A stretch of 55,938 nucleotides of DNA from a virus (lineage: Duplodnaviria; Caudoviricetes). Shown here one piece after another: positions 28,468-38,981 of this stretch. The notes below the pieces were generated by a model. That model did not search any database. It saw only the letters and a program-made list of their open reading frames with translations, and was not told where the DNA came from. Where the stretch lies: positions 1 to 55,938 of IMG/VR virus record IMGVR_UViG_3300025098_000053; one strand, given 5' to 3'. The position numbers were made by a program, and so were the translations under genes. Every line of letters starts with the position of its first letter. Position 1 is the stretch's first letter.

Positions 28468-30651
28468 ATGGCAGATACAGAACTTAAAACTCTCTTTGAT
28501 AAATTACGCGCTGATAGCGCAAAGCATGATAAAGGTTTATCTGTTGGAGAAGTTTCTTCACAAAGAGAATCCGCGACGATGCGCGACATCATTCTTTCGT
28601 ATGTAAAGAATATAAATAAAATGGTTAATACAGATGTGAAGTATTACATCAACATGTATTATCATGATCTTCCTATTCCTATTCCAATTACGCAGTTTGC
28701 GCAAAGTGTGAATATATCAAAATCAATGGTAGGTGGATATGAACAAGCACAATTAACTCTTAAACTTCCAGCTGATTTAGTTTATGCATTATTTATGGAT
28801 GAAGCAGGATTACCAACAACTGGGCAATATGTAGTTATAAAACGTCCTGCTGATACTGGTAGAGAGAGTTTGCCACGTTCTTTTTCAAATGAATTTATAA
28901 CAGAATTCTTTGGAATGGTTATTAGCGTTGGCCAACAATTATCAGTTGATCAAGGAAATGGTTTTGTAGGATTTGAAACAGTAGATATTCACTGTGGATG
29001 TTGGTTGAGTGCTGCACAGTTAGGCCAATACAGAACATCAGCATATAATATACCTAAAGCAACAATAAAACGTGTTCCGGGAATATCTGAGTTTATGATA
29101 GCTGGTAAAGATTGGCGTGATTTCATGCGATCTGAAGTTATTAGTGGTGTAAAAAGCACAAACGTTCAAAAAAGTATTTTGGGATTAGTTAAATCATTAA
29201 TGTATATGAGGCTTCCTGAATCACTTAAATCAGAACCTAATGATGTATCAGCTTTGATGTATAAATACATGAATGATGTAGGTTATGATAACAAATCGGT
29301 GCTTGCTGCATACTTAAAGAACAGTGGCTTTCCGCAATCCGAGATTGATGCTGTTATTAACGGAAACATAAGTGAAATAAATAAAATAGGCACGGTGGAT
29401 AGAGCAAAACAGGGATCATCTGATGAATCCACAATAACAGGAAATACAAGATTAGGATCTATAATTGGTGTTGCAACATGCAAAGAACATCTTCCTGATG
29501 ATAGTGTTTATAGGAATTATCTTCCATTTGAGAAAGATCAGCATCTTTTTGCTAATTTATCACGTTTAGAAACACCGTTTTTTAAAGGTGGATCAGTTTG
29601 GGATTTAATTAGGCATACATTTTCACCAGATCATGCAATTATTGAGATGTTTCCTGTGTTTATACCTGATATGAGAACAAAAGATTCATCATTTAAACCA
29701 CCAAACAGTGCAATGACGTCAAGTTTAGGAGGAACGCCAATGATTATGTGGCGTTTTAAGCCACTTCCACCTGAAGTTATTGTACAAAAAGAAGTTTTAA
29801 ACTCAATATCATCCAATACAGCAAAAATATTAGATGCAATAAGAGCTCCAAAAGAATTTTCATACACAACACAAGCAGAAAAGAATAGAAGATTTCAGTA
29901 TCCATCATCACCAATATCAAGTGCAACAGATTATGGCCACTTTATTAAGTTAGATAATGTTATATCATTACAAACACAGCTTAATGAAACAAGCAGAGTT
30001 AATGCAACATATGTTGAAAACCCAATATTAGATACAGAAGATTTAACATTTACAGGTGGCGTATTAAGCGAACCACAGATTGATGCGTTTGATGCTCTGC
30101 GACATGGTTTGAAGATGTATGATATGAATTATCCATTTAAAGATTTATTAAAAGGAGATTCAACTGCAGTTGCTGAATATTTATATTTATTAACGACACA
30201 ACAACAACGTTATTATGTTGGTGAAATAATGATTAAAGGAGATACTGAATTAATAAATGTTGGCACATGGCTTACAGTTGGTGATGAATTTGCACAACTT
30301 GAAGATTCTATTGGAAAAACACAAAAAGAATTCCAAGATAATAAGAGAGGACGTGCAGGTTTTGGTGATACAACAAAAGAAGAAAACAGAATGAAAGGAA
30401 TGGATGAACGTTCAAAAGTTATTTCTGATGATAGAGAACAAATGATTTTGAACAGCAATGCACATATAAATAGATTTTTAAGATTAGGTTCGTTTATATG
30501 TTATGTTGAAGAAGTAATGAAAGCTGTTCAAGTTGATCCAACAACCGGCCACATGACGCAAATGATGAATATCAGATTCACAAGAGGTTCATGGGGAGGA
30601 TTTTCACAAACTTTACCACCAAATAAAGTTGGAAAGATAGGTAGAATATAA
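28468..30651 (+). CDS. Baseplate hub protein (putative)
   Basis: Position; RHGLKM and C-terminal YVEEV...FTRG hub-like motifs. Confidence 0.6.
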   Translation: MADTELKTLFDKLRADSAKHDKGLSVGEVSSQRESATMRDIILSYVKNINKMVNTDVKYYINMYYHDLPIPIPITQFAQSVNISKSMVGGYEQAQLTLKLPADLVYALFMDEAGLPTTGQYVVIKRPADTGRESLPRSFSNEFITEFFGMVISVGQQLSVDQGNGFVGFETVDIHCGCWLSAAQLGQYRTSAYNIPKATIKRVPGISEFMIAGKDWRDFMRSEVISGVKSTNVQKSILGLVKSLMYMRLPESLKSEPNDVSALMYKYMNDVGYDNKSVLAAYLKNSGFPQSEIDAVINGNISEINKIGTVDRAKQGSSDESTITGNTRLGSIIGVATCKEHLPDDSVYRNYLPFEKDQHLFANLSRLETPFFKGGSVWDLIRHTFSPDHAIIEMFPVFIPDMRTKDSSFKPPNSAMTSSLGGTPMIMWRFKPLPPEVIVQKEVLNSISSNTAKILDAIRAPKEFSYTTQAEKNRRFQYPSSPISSATDYGHFIKLDNVISLQTQLNETSRVNATYVENPILDTEDLTFTGGVLSEPQIDAFDALRHGLKMYDMNYPFKDLLKGDSTAVAEYLYLLTTQQQRYYVGEIMIKGDTELINVGTWLTVGDEFAQLEDSIGKTQKEFQDNKRGRAGFGDTTKEENRMKGMDERSKVISDDREQMILNSNAHINRFLRLGSFICYVEEVMKAVQVDPTTGHMTQMMNIRFTRGSWGGFSQTLPPNKVGKIGRI

Positions 30652-31469
30652 TGAAGCCTGTACATTTATATGGAGATCAAATCCATAATACACCTCATAC
30701 ATATATCAGAAGAGCTTTAGTTCTGAAAGTGCGCATAGAAGAGAATTTATTATTTGCAGATATACAAGATAATTTCCTTGGAAATATATATACGGATGTA
30801 CAAGTAGCAAATTATTACAGCACTGATGGAAGTATTTCAAATTTCCCCCTTTCTGAGGATCAAGAAGTATTATATATATATTCAACAGATGGCAGAAAAC
30901 CAATAATAATTGGAAGTTTGCCTCACGCTAAATATAATGGATATGTAAATGAATTAACAATTGATCAAAATACTGATTATCCAACAGATCAAATAGCCAT
31001 ATCAGATCATCATACGCAAAACAAAAACAACTTTATGAATATATCTAAGGATAGCGGAATAACAGTTGATGCAGATACAATTAGATTACAAATAGATAAG
31101 GTTTTACGTATATCTTCAAATGGTGTTATTGATTCACCTCTTAATGGGCAAAACTTTATTGATATTATATTTCCATATTTACAAGGAATTGAAACAAAAT
31201 TATTGGCAATGCAAGCATTAAGTGTAGCAAACACTGCTGCATGTACGGCTGCAGCAGCAACAGCTGCTCTTATTGCAGCAAATACATCAACACTTATAAC
31301 TCCCATACAAGCGCAGGGACAAACCACAGCAGCCACAGCAAGCACAACAGCAGCAGCGGCAGCTGCAGGATTACAAGGAGCAGCAACTGCAGGTTTGCCA
31401 TCAACTGCTGCAGTTTCAAAAACAGGTGCAATTGCACAAATTAATCAAAAAGTAAAATTACCTCTTTAG
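30651..31469 (+). CDS. Baseplate spike, gp5/gpV-like
   Basis: OB-fold-like P...QEVL......PIIIGSL; Ala/Thr-rich tail. Confidence 0.65.
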   Translation: MKPVHLYGDQIHNTPHTYIRRALVLKVRIEENLLFADIQDNFLGNIYTDVQVANYYSTDGSISNFPLSEDQEVLYIYSTDGRKPIIIGSLPHAKYNGYVNELTIDQNTDYPTDQIAISDHHTQNKNNFMNISKDSGITVDADTIRLQIDKVLRISSNGVIDSPLNGQNFIDIIFPYLQGIETKLLAMQALSVANTAACTAAAATAALIAANTSTLITPIQAQGQTTAATASTTAAAAAAGLQGAATAGLPSTAAVSKTGAIAQINQKVKLPL

Positions 31470-31482
31470 AAAGGAACTCATC

Positions 31483-33360
31483 ATGGCCGGTGTAGGAGAT
31501 TGGTTATCAGAAAATATCTTGGGAAACGACAAACGTTATCCCGGCGCCAGAACAAAAGCAGGTAATTCTGTTGTTGAAGAAGGGATTAATGCACTTGATG
31601 GTGCTATAAATTCTGCAATAGGGATTTCACCAGAAAACAATTTCTTAACTGGGCCTTATGGTTTTACCAAACAACCAAGAAAATATTACCTTGAAATAAG
31701 AAAAGGTGAGAAGATAATAACTGTTACGGGATTTCCATATGATCCACAATCAATGATCGTATCAAGGCCTAATCCTATTACAGTAACACATACATTTGGT
31801 GGCACAGTTCGTGAAGCATCATCAATAAGAATGCATAGAGTTCAATTTGATGGAAGAAGCGGCACCGCGATTCGAAATGGTTTTAATAGAGATGGATATG
31901 CTATTTTCAGAACTGGCCAAACAATCTTCAAAGAGTTTGATGATTTCCTGAAAAGATATATAGAAATGTGCAATTCGGATTTTGGCACAAAAGCAATGAT
32001 GACGACAAATTATCCGGATATGAAACTTCGTGATGATAAACGTGCCAAAAAACTGGAAGATAGAGAAGAAGTTCAATTAATCCTCAGATGTTTGGATGAT
32101 GATTTACATTTAAAAGTTGAGCCAATAAACTTTGATTACAGAAGAAATGCTCGTGATAACAGGCATGATTATGGTTATACATTAACTTTAGATGCGTATG
32201 AATATGCATATGATACAAAACCTTTTAATCCTGTTGCTTCATTAGATAATATAGTTCAAAATGCAGTTGGCCAAATAACTGGTGCAGTTGCAATATTTGA
32301 TAATGCAGTTCAAACAACAACCCAATATACACAAACTTTAAAAGGAACAATGCGTTCCTTGCAAAACCCAGCAATTGCAGTAGGTGCAGCTGGTCGAAGT
32401 ATTGATCAATTAAAATATTCAATAGCAGGATTTTCAAAAGAATCAGAAGCACTTCATAAGGCATATCATACAACAGAATCACCGATGAGAAAATCGATGA
32501 TAATCATTGATGCAACAACTCCTCAGGCAGCAATTGATCAGCAAGAAATGAGTTCAGTTGAGCCACCAGCTCCAGCATCAATAGAACAAGCAATCATTGA
32601 TGCATATAATCAAGCACTTCAAATAGAAATATTAGATGCTATTGCAATTGGACGTGGTGGTGTTGCTGCTGAGTATATGAGAAACTTAAGATTAAGATCT
32701 GATGATTTAATCCCAGGTGAATTCCTAACAAACGAAGGTAATCTTGGTGGATTAGGAGGATCAACAGTTGATGTTGCACCTGATAATGGCATTCCTGATA
32801 ATTCAATAGGTTATAGATGCCAACGAAATGAAGATCTCAAGAAAATAGCAAAGAAGTTTTTAGGAAGCCACGATCGTTGGCCTTTGTTAGCTGAATTAAA
32901 TGGTATGCCAGATTCAAGAAGAAAAGCTGATGGTGGTATATTAGATACAGGTGATATAGTTTTTATACCTTACGATGGTATATTAGGAATCAATTCATTC
33001 AATAAAAAAGGTGATATATATTCTGCTGATATTTCAATGCCTTATGATGATATTGTTTTAATCTCTCAGGATGTAAATGATTTTGATTTGGTTGAAGGAA
33101 TTGAATGTTTGAAACAAGCAGTAAAAAATAAACTCTTAACATTTAAAGGTGAGATGCCTAATTACGAAAACATGGGATTACCCAGATTAACTTTCATAAA
33201 TGATGTTGATTATACAGCAGCACAAATCAGAGAAGTTCTTATCAAAGATCCACGCGTTGCTGACGTGAATAACATTATTGCTCAAGTTGAGGGAGATGTT
33301 GTTCGTATTGGAGTTAATGTTGTTGCCTTAACAGGCGAAAGCTTCAATGTTAAAGTTTAA
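31483..33360 (+). CDS. Fused tube-initiator / LysM / gp25-like baseplate protein
   Basis: FPYDPQSM N-domain; LysM (EDLKKIAKKFLG..RW..LAELN...GDIVFIP); gp25-like C-terminus (LLTFKGE...KDPRV). Confidence 0.7.
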   Translation: MAGVGDWLSENILGNDKRYPGARTKAGNSVVEEGINALDGAINSAIGISPENNFLTGPYGFTKQPRKYYLEIRKGEKIITVTGFPYDPQSMIVSRPNPITVTHTFGGTVREASSIRMHRVQFDGRSGTAIRNGFNRDGYAIFRTGQTIFKEFDDFLKRYIEMCNSDFGTKAMMTTNYPDMKLRDDKRAKKLEDREEVQLILRCLDDDLHLKVEPINFDYRRNARDNRHDYGYTLTLDAYEYAYDTKPFNPVASLDNIVQNAVGQITGAVAIFDNAVQTTTQYTQTLKGTMRSLQNPAIAVGAAGRSIDQLKYSIAGFSKESEALHKAYHTTESPMRKSMIIIDATTPQAAIDQQEMSSVEPPAPASIEQAIIDAYNQALQIEILDAIAIGRGGVAAEYMRNLRLRSDDLIPGEFLTNEGNLGGLGGSTVDVAPDNGIPDNSIGYRCQRNEDLKKIAKKFLGSHDRWPLLAELNGMPDSRRKADGGILDTGDIVFIPYDGILGINSFNKKGDIYSADISMPYDDIVLISQDVNDFDLVEGIECLKQAVKNKLLTFKGEMPNYENMGLPRLTFINDVDYTAAQIREVLIKDPRVADVNNIIAQVEGDVVRIGVNVVALTGESFNVKV

Positions 33361-33421
33361 CAAAAAAAAATTAAAAAAACGAATTGTAATATATAATTAA
33401 ATATAATAAGGAGTAATACGA

Positions 33422-34816
33422 ATGGCTTTTACACCAAGATTACCAACGCAAGTAGAGCGCGACATCTTAGCAAAAATATTAGGGCGTACAAACCTTAATG
33501 ATGTTAATGTTGGATCAACGCTTCAAACGCTTGTTAATGCATTCGCAACAGAACTTTCTTCAATGGAAGCTCGGATGTTTAATATGCGGAGAAGTTTTGC
33601 GATCCAAAACTCATTTGGTTCAGATTTGGACGCACGTGTTAAGGAACTTCCACCTAATGGTATTTCAAGGATAACCTCAACAAATGCATCTGGCGCTGTT
33701 TTAAAGATCACCAGATTAGTGTTTGTTGATCCACTAACAATTACGGCACCTGCTATCGTACAAAATCCCACAACAGGAATAAATTACGAAACAACTGAGG
33801 ATATAATATTCGCTGCAGGTGAGCAAATAAAAGAAAATGTTTTTGTAGTATCAACTTCAGCAGGTGAAGATGGCAATTGTGATAGTGGTAAAATAATAAC
33901 AGTAATTGATTTTGATATTGCTGAAGATGTAACTGTTACAAACACAAAGCCATTAACAAATGGTGTTGAAGAAGAAACAGATCAATCACTTCAGGCAAGA
34001 GCATTAAGATTTATTAAATCATTAAATAGAACCACACCGGATGCTGTTGAGTTTTTAGGAACATCTTTTGTTTCAACAACAAATACAGTTTTTCCTTTTG
34101 CAAGTTTATATGAAGATAACGCTCGCCCAGGATATGCTGAATTGGTTGTTGATGATGGAACAGGTTTGCAGGGGCAAGATGTTTTAGGAATGCACATAAC
34201 AGGTGTAGCACCAAGTGCTGGTTTAAATTACATATCACATGATTTTCCTGCAACAGAAGAATTAACTGTTGATAATATAACAATAAGAACAGATGGTGGT
34301 GTGGTTGTTGATATAACAGAAGATGATTTTATATCCATCCCAGAAAGAGGCGTAATTTACTTTAACAATGGAATTATCCTCCAAGATTACACTTATGAGA
34401 TTACAAATTATAAAGTTTTCAGAGGTGCAATGGCAGAACTTCAAAAAGAAATTGAAGGTAATCCATCATTTGGAAACATATTAACTGGATTCAGATCAGC
34501 AGGATGTCGAGTAAGAGTAGTTTATCCTATAGTACAAAATATTGTGTTTGAAGCACGCGTTATAATTGATAACAATTTCAATATAGATGAAACATTGGCA
34601 GAAGTTCAAGAGGCAATTCTTGCTTTTGTAAATTCAAGAGATGTTGGGCAAGAACTTCGAGTTGCTGATATGACGAGAGAAATAATGACGACACAAAACA
34701 TTCTTTCGATTGCTTTCTTCGATGGGCCAGAACCATTGGAAGATACATTCACAGCAAGTGGTAAAGAAGTTATTCGCATTCGCGAAGCAGATATCGAAGT
34801 AACAAGCGTATTTTAA
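33422..34816 (+). CDS. Baseplate J-like wedge protein
   Basis: NVGSTL, GSDLD, AGEDGN, NGVEEETDQSLQAR and RSAGC motifs. Confidence 0.9.
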   Translation: MAFTPRLPTQVERDILAKILGRTNLNDVNVGSTLQTLVNAFATELSSMEARMFNMRRSFAIQNSFGSDLDARVKELPPNGISRITSTNASGAVLKITRLVFVDPLTITAPAIVQNPTTGINYETTEDIIFAAGEQIKENVFVVSTSAGEDGNCDSGKIITVIDFDIAEDVTVTNTKPLTNGVEEETDQSLQARALRFIKSLNRTTPDAVEFLGTSFVSTTNTVFPFASLYEDNARPGYAELVVDDGTGLQGQDVLGMHITGVAPSAGLNYISHDFPATEELTVDNITIRTDGGVVVDITEDDFISIPERGVIYFNNGIILQDYTYEITNYKVFRGAMAELQKEIEGNPSFGNILTGFRSAGCRVRVVYPIVQNIVFEARVIIDNNFNIDETLAEVQEAILAFVNSRDVGQELRVADMTREIMTTQNILSIAFFDGPEPLEDTFTASGKEVIRIREADIEVTSVF

Positions 34817-34827
34817 GGAGATAATTA

Positions 34828-36876
34828 ATGACGACGTTTAGCGGTAAAGCAACAGTACAAAAAGTAAAATTCCACGAAAACCAGCAATTTGTTCTTGAAG
34901 ACGCAGCAGCACTTCAGGATCTGTTAGTTAATGGTTATCTGGAAAACTTCACAAAAGCAGTATTTGGTGATTATGTTGGTGTATTAACTGGCAACATTGG
35001 TATTCAATCAACTGCTGATAATATTTCAAATGGTGTAATTTCAGTATTACCATCAAAGGATATGATTATAAGAGCCAAAACATCACGTTGGGGCCAAGTA
35101 GTTACATCTCCTAATGCAACATTTCCTGAGGGTGATGGCATATTTAACTTAGGTTGGAATCAAGGTGATCCTCTGATATTAGTTGCAGCTGATGCATATT
35201 ACACAGCATTAGAAGCAATGACGACAAATGCATTAGCAGCGTATAATACAGCGAATGGAACATCACTTTCAAAATTCCAATACCTTACAACAGCAGCTGC
35301 TGATGATATAACAAACTTCCAAACAACATATTTATTTGGTAAAATTGTACAGGTTGATACAGATGTAGAATCTCGTCAGATATATGATGATTTAAATCAA
35401 GCAGCATCTGCACAAAACGTTGCAACAAGAACAGAATATCAAATCGATTTAACGTTTGAACTCAGAGATGGTGATGTTAATCATAACATAGATAACACAC
35501 AAGAAGAAGGAAAGTTCATGATCGGGCATTCTCGATCATTTAGAACACAAACAGTTGATGGTGTTGAAAGAGTTCATCCATTCACAATGAACGTTTCTGA
35601 TTATGCAAAAGTACGTGCAGCAAATACAAGAATATATGTTGGTACATCTTCACCCCAAATTGGTGAAAGCATTCAAGGCCAAATACGTCAGTTAGCTGAT
35701 TATATGGCAGCGATGAATAATGCAGGTTCTTCAGAAACAATAATCCTATCAAATGCAGAAAGAAACAGATCTGTTATTGAAAATGCTTTGCCAGTAAATT
35801 CATTGGCAGGTTTAAGAAAACGTATAGGTGAGGTTGAAGCACTCAACGAAGTTACAACAACAATTGATGAACAAACAGATGAAAATTCAACAGATGCAGG
35901 TAATGTACCATTTACAAAAAATGAACAATTAATTGCAAGAGCATCTGTAGCATTTAAAGATGGCGCATCACAAGGGCTTCCAAATCGTCAAAGTGGCGGA
36001 TCAAATATGATTGTTGATACAGGAGAAATTGCGTTATATCCACCAAGAAGATATAATTCAGCTGATACAACAACATACACAGGAATAGGTTATCCTATTA
36101 ATTCAGGTGAGGTTGATGATGATTCATATTCATTTGGATTTGGCGTGCCTATTGAGAAAGATATTACAATTGGCGGTGTTCCAACTGGTGAAACTTTCTT
36201 TGATCGCTTTAATTACATATTCACACCTCAGTTTAACAAAGATGGATATTTTGTTTTGATGCTAAGGCCTGGATTTACTGATGATTATACTGTTACAAAT
36301 GTAAAAATCAGAACTCAATTAGAAGGCACAGGTTATTCAAACAAAACAGTGCAAACTGTAGATTATAGTGATATGTTTATTGTAATGCCCGGTGGATTAC
36401 CTAACCAAAGATATGTTTCATCAACAAACCTTTTGGAATTTGGTGATTCACTTTCAAATGATTTCTATAATGGATTTACTCCTGCATTATTTGATGCGCC
36501 AGTTTCTGGATTTCAAGGTATTTACGGGATAAATGGCACACCTTCTAAAGATACATTAGGTATAGGAAATCCAAATACATTATTTGATGCTGATCACACA
36601 ACTGATGGCACAGCACAACAAATTTGGAATGCAGCAAGAGTAGGAATAAAAATCGCAACTCCTCTTTTGACCCCAGCATTACAAACAAGCAGAGTTAATG
36701 CTAAGTTTAATATAAATGTAACGGAATACGAAGATATGGTGAATGCACTGCAAGATCAAAATCTGGCATCTGTATTTACTCAACCACCTGCGTTATTCAA
36801 CGACAATCTTACTGTAACTGGAGTTACGCCGGCTCCCTTCACGCTTATCGTTGAAGTTTATGGAACAAAGAAATAA
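34828..36876 (+). CDS. Baseplate or tail structural protein
   Basis: 682 aa; KVKFHENQQF..D...LQ start typical of baseplate-attached proteins. Confidence 0.55.
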   Translation: MTTFSGKATVQKVKFHENQQFVLEDAAALQDLLVNGYLENFTKAVFGDYVGVLTGNIGIQSTADNISNGVISVLPSKDMIIRAKTSRWGQVVTSPNATFPEGDGIFNLGWNQGDPLILVAADAYYTALEAMTTNALAAYNTANGTSLSKFQYLTTAAADDITNFQTTYLFGKIVQVDTDVESRQIYDDLNQAASAQNVATRTEYQIDLTFELRDGDVNHNIDNTQEEGKFMIGHSRSFRTQTVDGVERVHPFTMNVSDYAKVRAANTRIYVGTSSPQIGESIQGQIRQLADYMAAMNNAGSSETIILSNAERNRSVIENALPVNSLAGLRKRIGEVEALNEVTTTIDEQTDENSTDAGNVPFTKNEQLIARASVAFKDGASQGLPNRQSGGSNMIVDTGEIALYPPRRYNSADTTTYTGIGYPINSGEVDDDSYSFGFGVPIEKDITIGGVPTGETFFDRFNYIFTPQFNKDGYFVLMLRPGFTDDYTVTNVKIRTQLEGTGYSNKTVQTVDYSDMFIVMPGGLPNQRYVSSTNLLEFGDSLSNDFYNGFTPALFDAPVSGFQGIYGINGTPSKDTLGIGNPNTLFDADHTTDGTAQQIWNAARVGIKIATPLLTPALQTSRVNAKFNINVTEYEDMVNALQDQNLASVFTQPPALFNDNLTVTGVTPAPFTLIVEVYGTKK

Positions 36877-36892
36877 ATAAAGGAATCATCAC

Positions 36893-38926
36893 ATGGCAAT
36901 TAATATAACGTCGATCACATCTGATCAATCGAACAATCAAATAGCACAGGCAGATTTACCTGAAGTTGTTACACTTACATGTGCTGCAACAGATACAAGT
37001 AATCCAAGTGCATCTTTAACAAAACATTGGTTTATAATTAATAAACCTGCAACAAGCACAGCAACATTATCAGCTAAAACAGGCAACTCAGTGACGTTTT
37101 CTGCTGATGTATGGGGTACATATAGGGTTTTCCTTGTTGTTAAAAATGTAGCAACTGGTGAGCAAAGCACTTCTGATGTATTTAGAGCTCCCGGTGCAAA
37201 CTTTATTGATATAAGTGTTGTTTCAACAGCACGACAATTAGAGAAGCCTGCTGTATCAGAAAGAGATTGGTACAATAAGCTTTGGAAACTATATGAAGTT
37301 GTTGATGGATTGAGCGTTATAAATAATAATGCTTCTGAAACAGTAAAAGGTATTGTTGAGTTAGCAAACATTGGTGAAATGGGCACAGCTGCTGCAACAG
37401 GATTAACTGGTGCTTCTCTTTCTATTACACCTTCACAATTAAAATCAACACTTGATTTAAGAAACTCAACACAAACTGCAATGGAAACATCATTTACAAG
37501 TAGATGGGTTCATGATGCAGGATTAAGTGATCTAAGTGATATAGGAAACGTTGCAACAACAACTCCAACAAGCGGCCAAGCTCTTGTTTATAACACATCA
37601 ACTAATGTTTGGGAACCCGGCACAATTTCTGGTGGAAGTGCTTCTTCTGCAGGAAACCAATTTCAGATTCAAATTGCAGATGCATCAAACGGATTTGCTG
37701 CTGCTGCTCTTTCTATTGACGCAAGTGGCCATTTAATCCCAGCAACAACAGAAACACATGATATTGGATCAACTTCTTCAAGATTTAGAACTGGATATTT
37801 TCAAGCAACTGGTGGATTATTCTTAGGAACATCATCATTAGGCGTTGATTCAAATCAATTAAAGCTTAATGGCACATTTACCATACCTCATTACAGCGGA
37901 TCACCAACAACAAATCAAATCCTTAAATGGGATGGAAGTGGTTGGGCATTAGATTCTGATGATAGCACAGCAATTCCTGGTTTAACTTCTAATGGAAGCA
38001 ATCAATTACTTATTGATTCTGCATACGATTTAGATCCTGCATCAACCAGCGTTCATTTAGGTAGTTCTTCAGCAAGGTTTGGAAACGTTTATGCACTTGA
38101 TGGAAACTTTTCTGATGATGTATCTGTTGGCGATGATTTAACTGTTGTAGGTGAGATTATTATACAGGATTTCGCAACTATAAATGATGGTGGATCTGCT
38201 GGTAAAATAAAAATGCTTGCAGGTGATAACTCAAATTCATTGGTTGGTGAGATTAAATTAAATACAGATGAGGTTGTTTGTGAAGCAACAACAGCTTCAA
38301 CAGCTGCTAAGTTAAGTATTACTGATTCAAGTGGAGATAAATTAACTTTATCAACACAAACAAAACAAAGCTCTGATCATACAATCCTTCTTCCTGCTTC
38401 TCCTGCATCTGATAATGATGTTATGATAGCAACAGCTGGATCCTCAAATACAACATCACTTGATTTTGCAAGAGCAACACAAAGAGTTGTTTATTCAACA
38501 GGTGGATTAACAAGAACAAATGTTGCAAGTGGATTTAGTGCATCTGCATTAACACATTCAGTTGATTCTCAAGCAGCATTATATTGGTTTAGAAACTGCA
38601 CAGGAAATTCAATAGAACTTAAGCAAACTCACGTTCATGTTGGATCAATGATGAATGCAACTTTAACATTCTGCCTTGTTACCTGTGATAATGATACTCA
38701 AGCTTTAGCAAACACATGGACGAAAGTTGGATCAGAATTTGTATTAACAAACTCAAGTGGCTCAGGCGGAACTTTAGGCCAAGCTGAACATCATGTTAGT
38801 ACAACTTCAACAGTAGCAAATGGTGAATATATAGGTTTGGTATTAACAAACATTGCAAATACATCACATGCTGATTCAATGATATCTATTCATTTCGAAT
38901 GTGAAGCAAACTGCCAATTCGTATAA
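36893..38926 (+). CDS. Tail fibre protein
   Basis: PKD/Ig-like N-terminus; ASETVKGIVELA, LSDLSDI and GQALVYN fibre motifs. Confidence 0.75.
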   Translation: MAINITSITSDQSNNQIAQADLPEVVTLTCAATDTSNPSASLTKHWFIINKPATSTATLSAKTGNSVTFSADVWGTYRVFLVVKNVATGEQSTSDVFRAPGANFIDISVVSTARQLEKPAVSERDWYNKLWKLYEVVDGLSVINNNASETVKGIVELANIGEMGTAAATGLTGASLSITPSQLKSTLDLRNSTQTAMETSFTSRWVHDAGLSDLSDIGNVATTTPTSGQALVYNTSTNVWEPGTISGGSASSAGNQFQIQIADASNGFAAAALSIDASGHLIPATTETHDIGSTSSRFRTGYFQATGGLFLGTSSLGVDSNQLKLNGTFTIPHYSGSPTTNQILKWDGSGWALDSDDSTAIPGLTSNGSNQLLIDSAYDLDPASTSVHLGSSSARFGNVYALDGNFSDDVSVGDDLTVVGEIIIQDFATINDGGSAGKIKMLAGDNSNSLVGEIKLNTDEVVCEATTASTAAKLSITDSSGDKLTLSTQTKQSSDHTILLPASPASDNDVMIATAGSSNTTSLDFARATQRVVYSTGGLTRTNVASGFSASALTHSVDSQAALYWFRNCTGNSIELKQTHVHVGSMMNATLTFCLVTCDNDTQALANTWTKVGSEFVLTNSSGSGGTLGQAEHHVSTTSTVANGEYIGLVLTNIANTSHADSMISIHFECEANCQFV

Positions 38927-38933
38927 TATAGAT

Positions 38934-38955
38934 TACGACGTTAATCCCAGTTGCA
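38934..38955 (+). repeat. Half site of the bipartite element, copy F
   Basis: TACGACGTTAATCCCAGTTGCA, 17/22 identical to the copy A arm. Confidence 0.6.
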
Positions 38956-38981
38956 ATAAAATAAAAAAGGAGTAAAATTCT

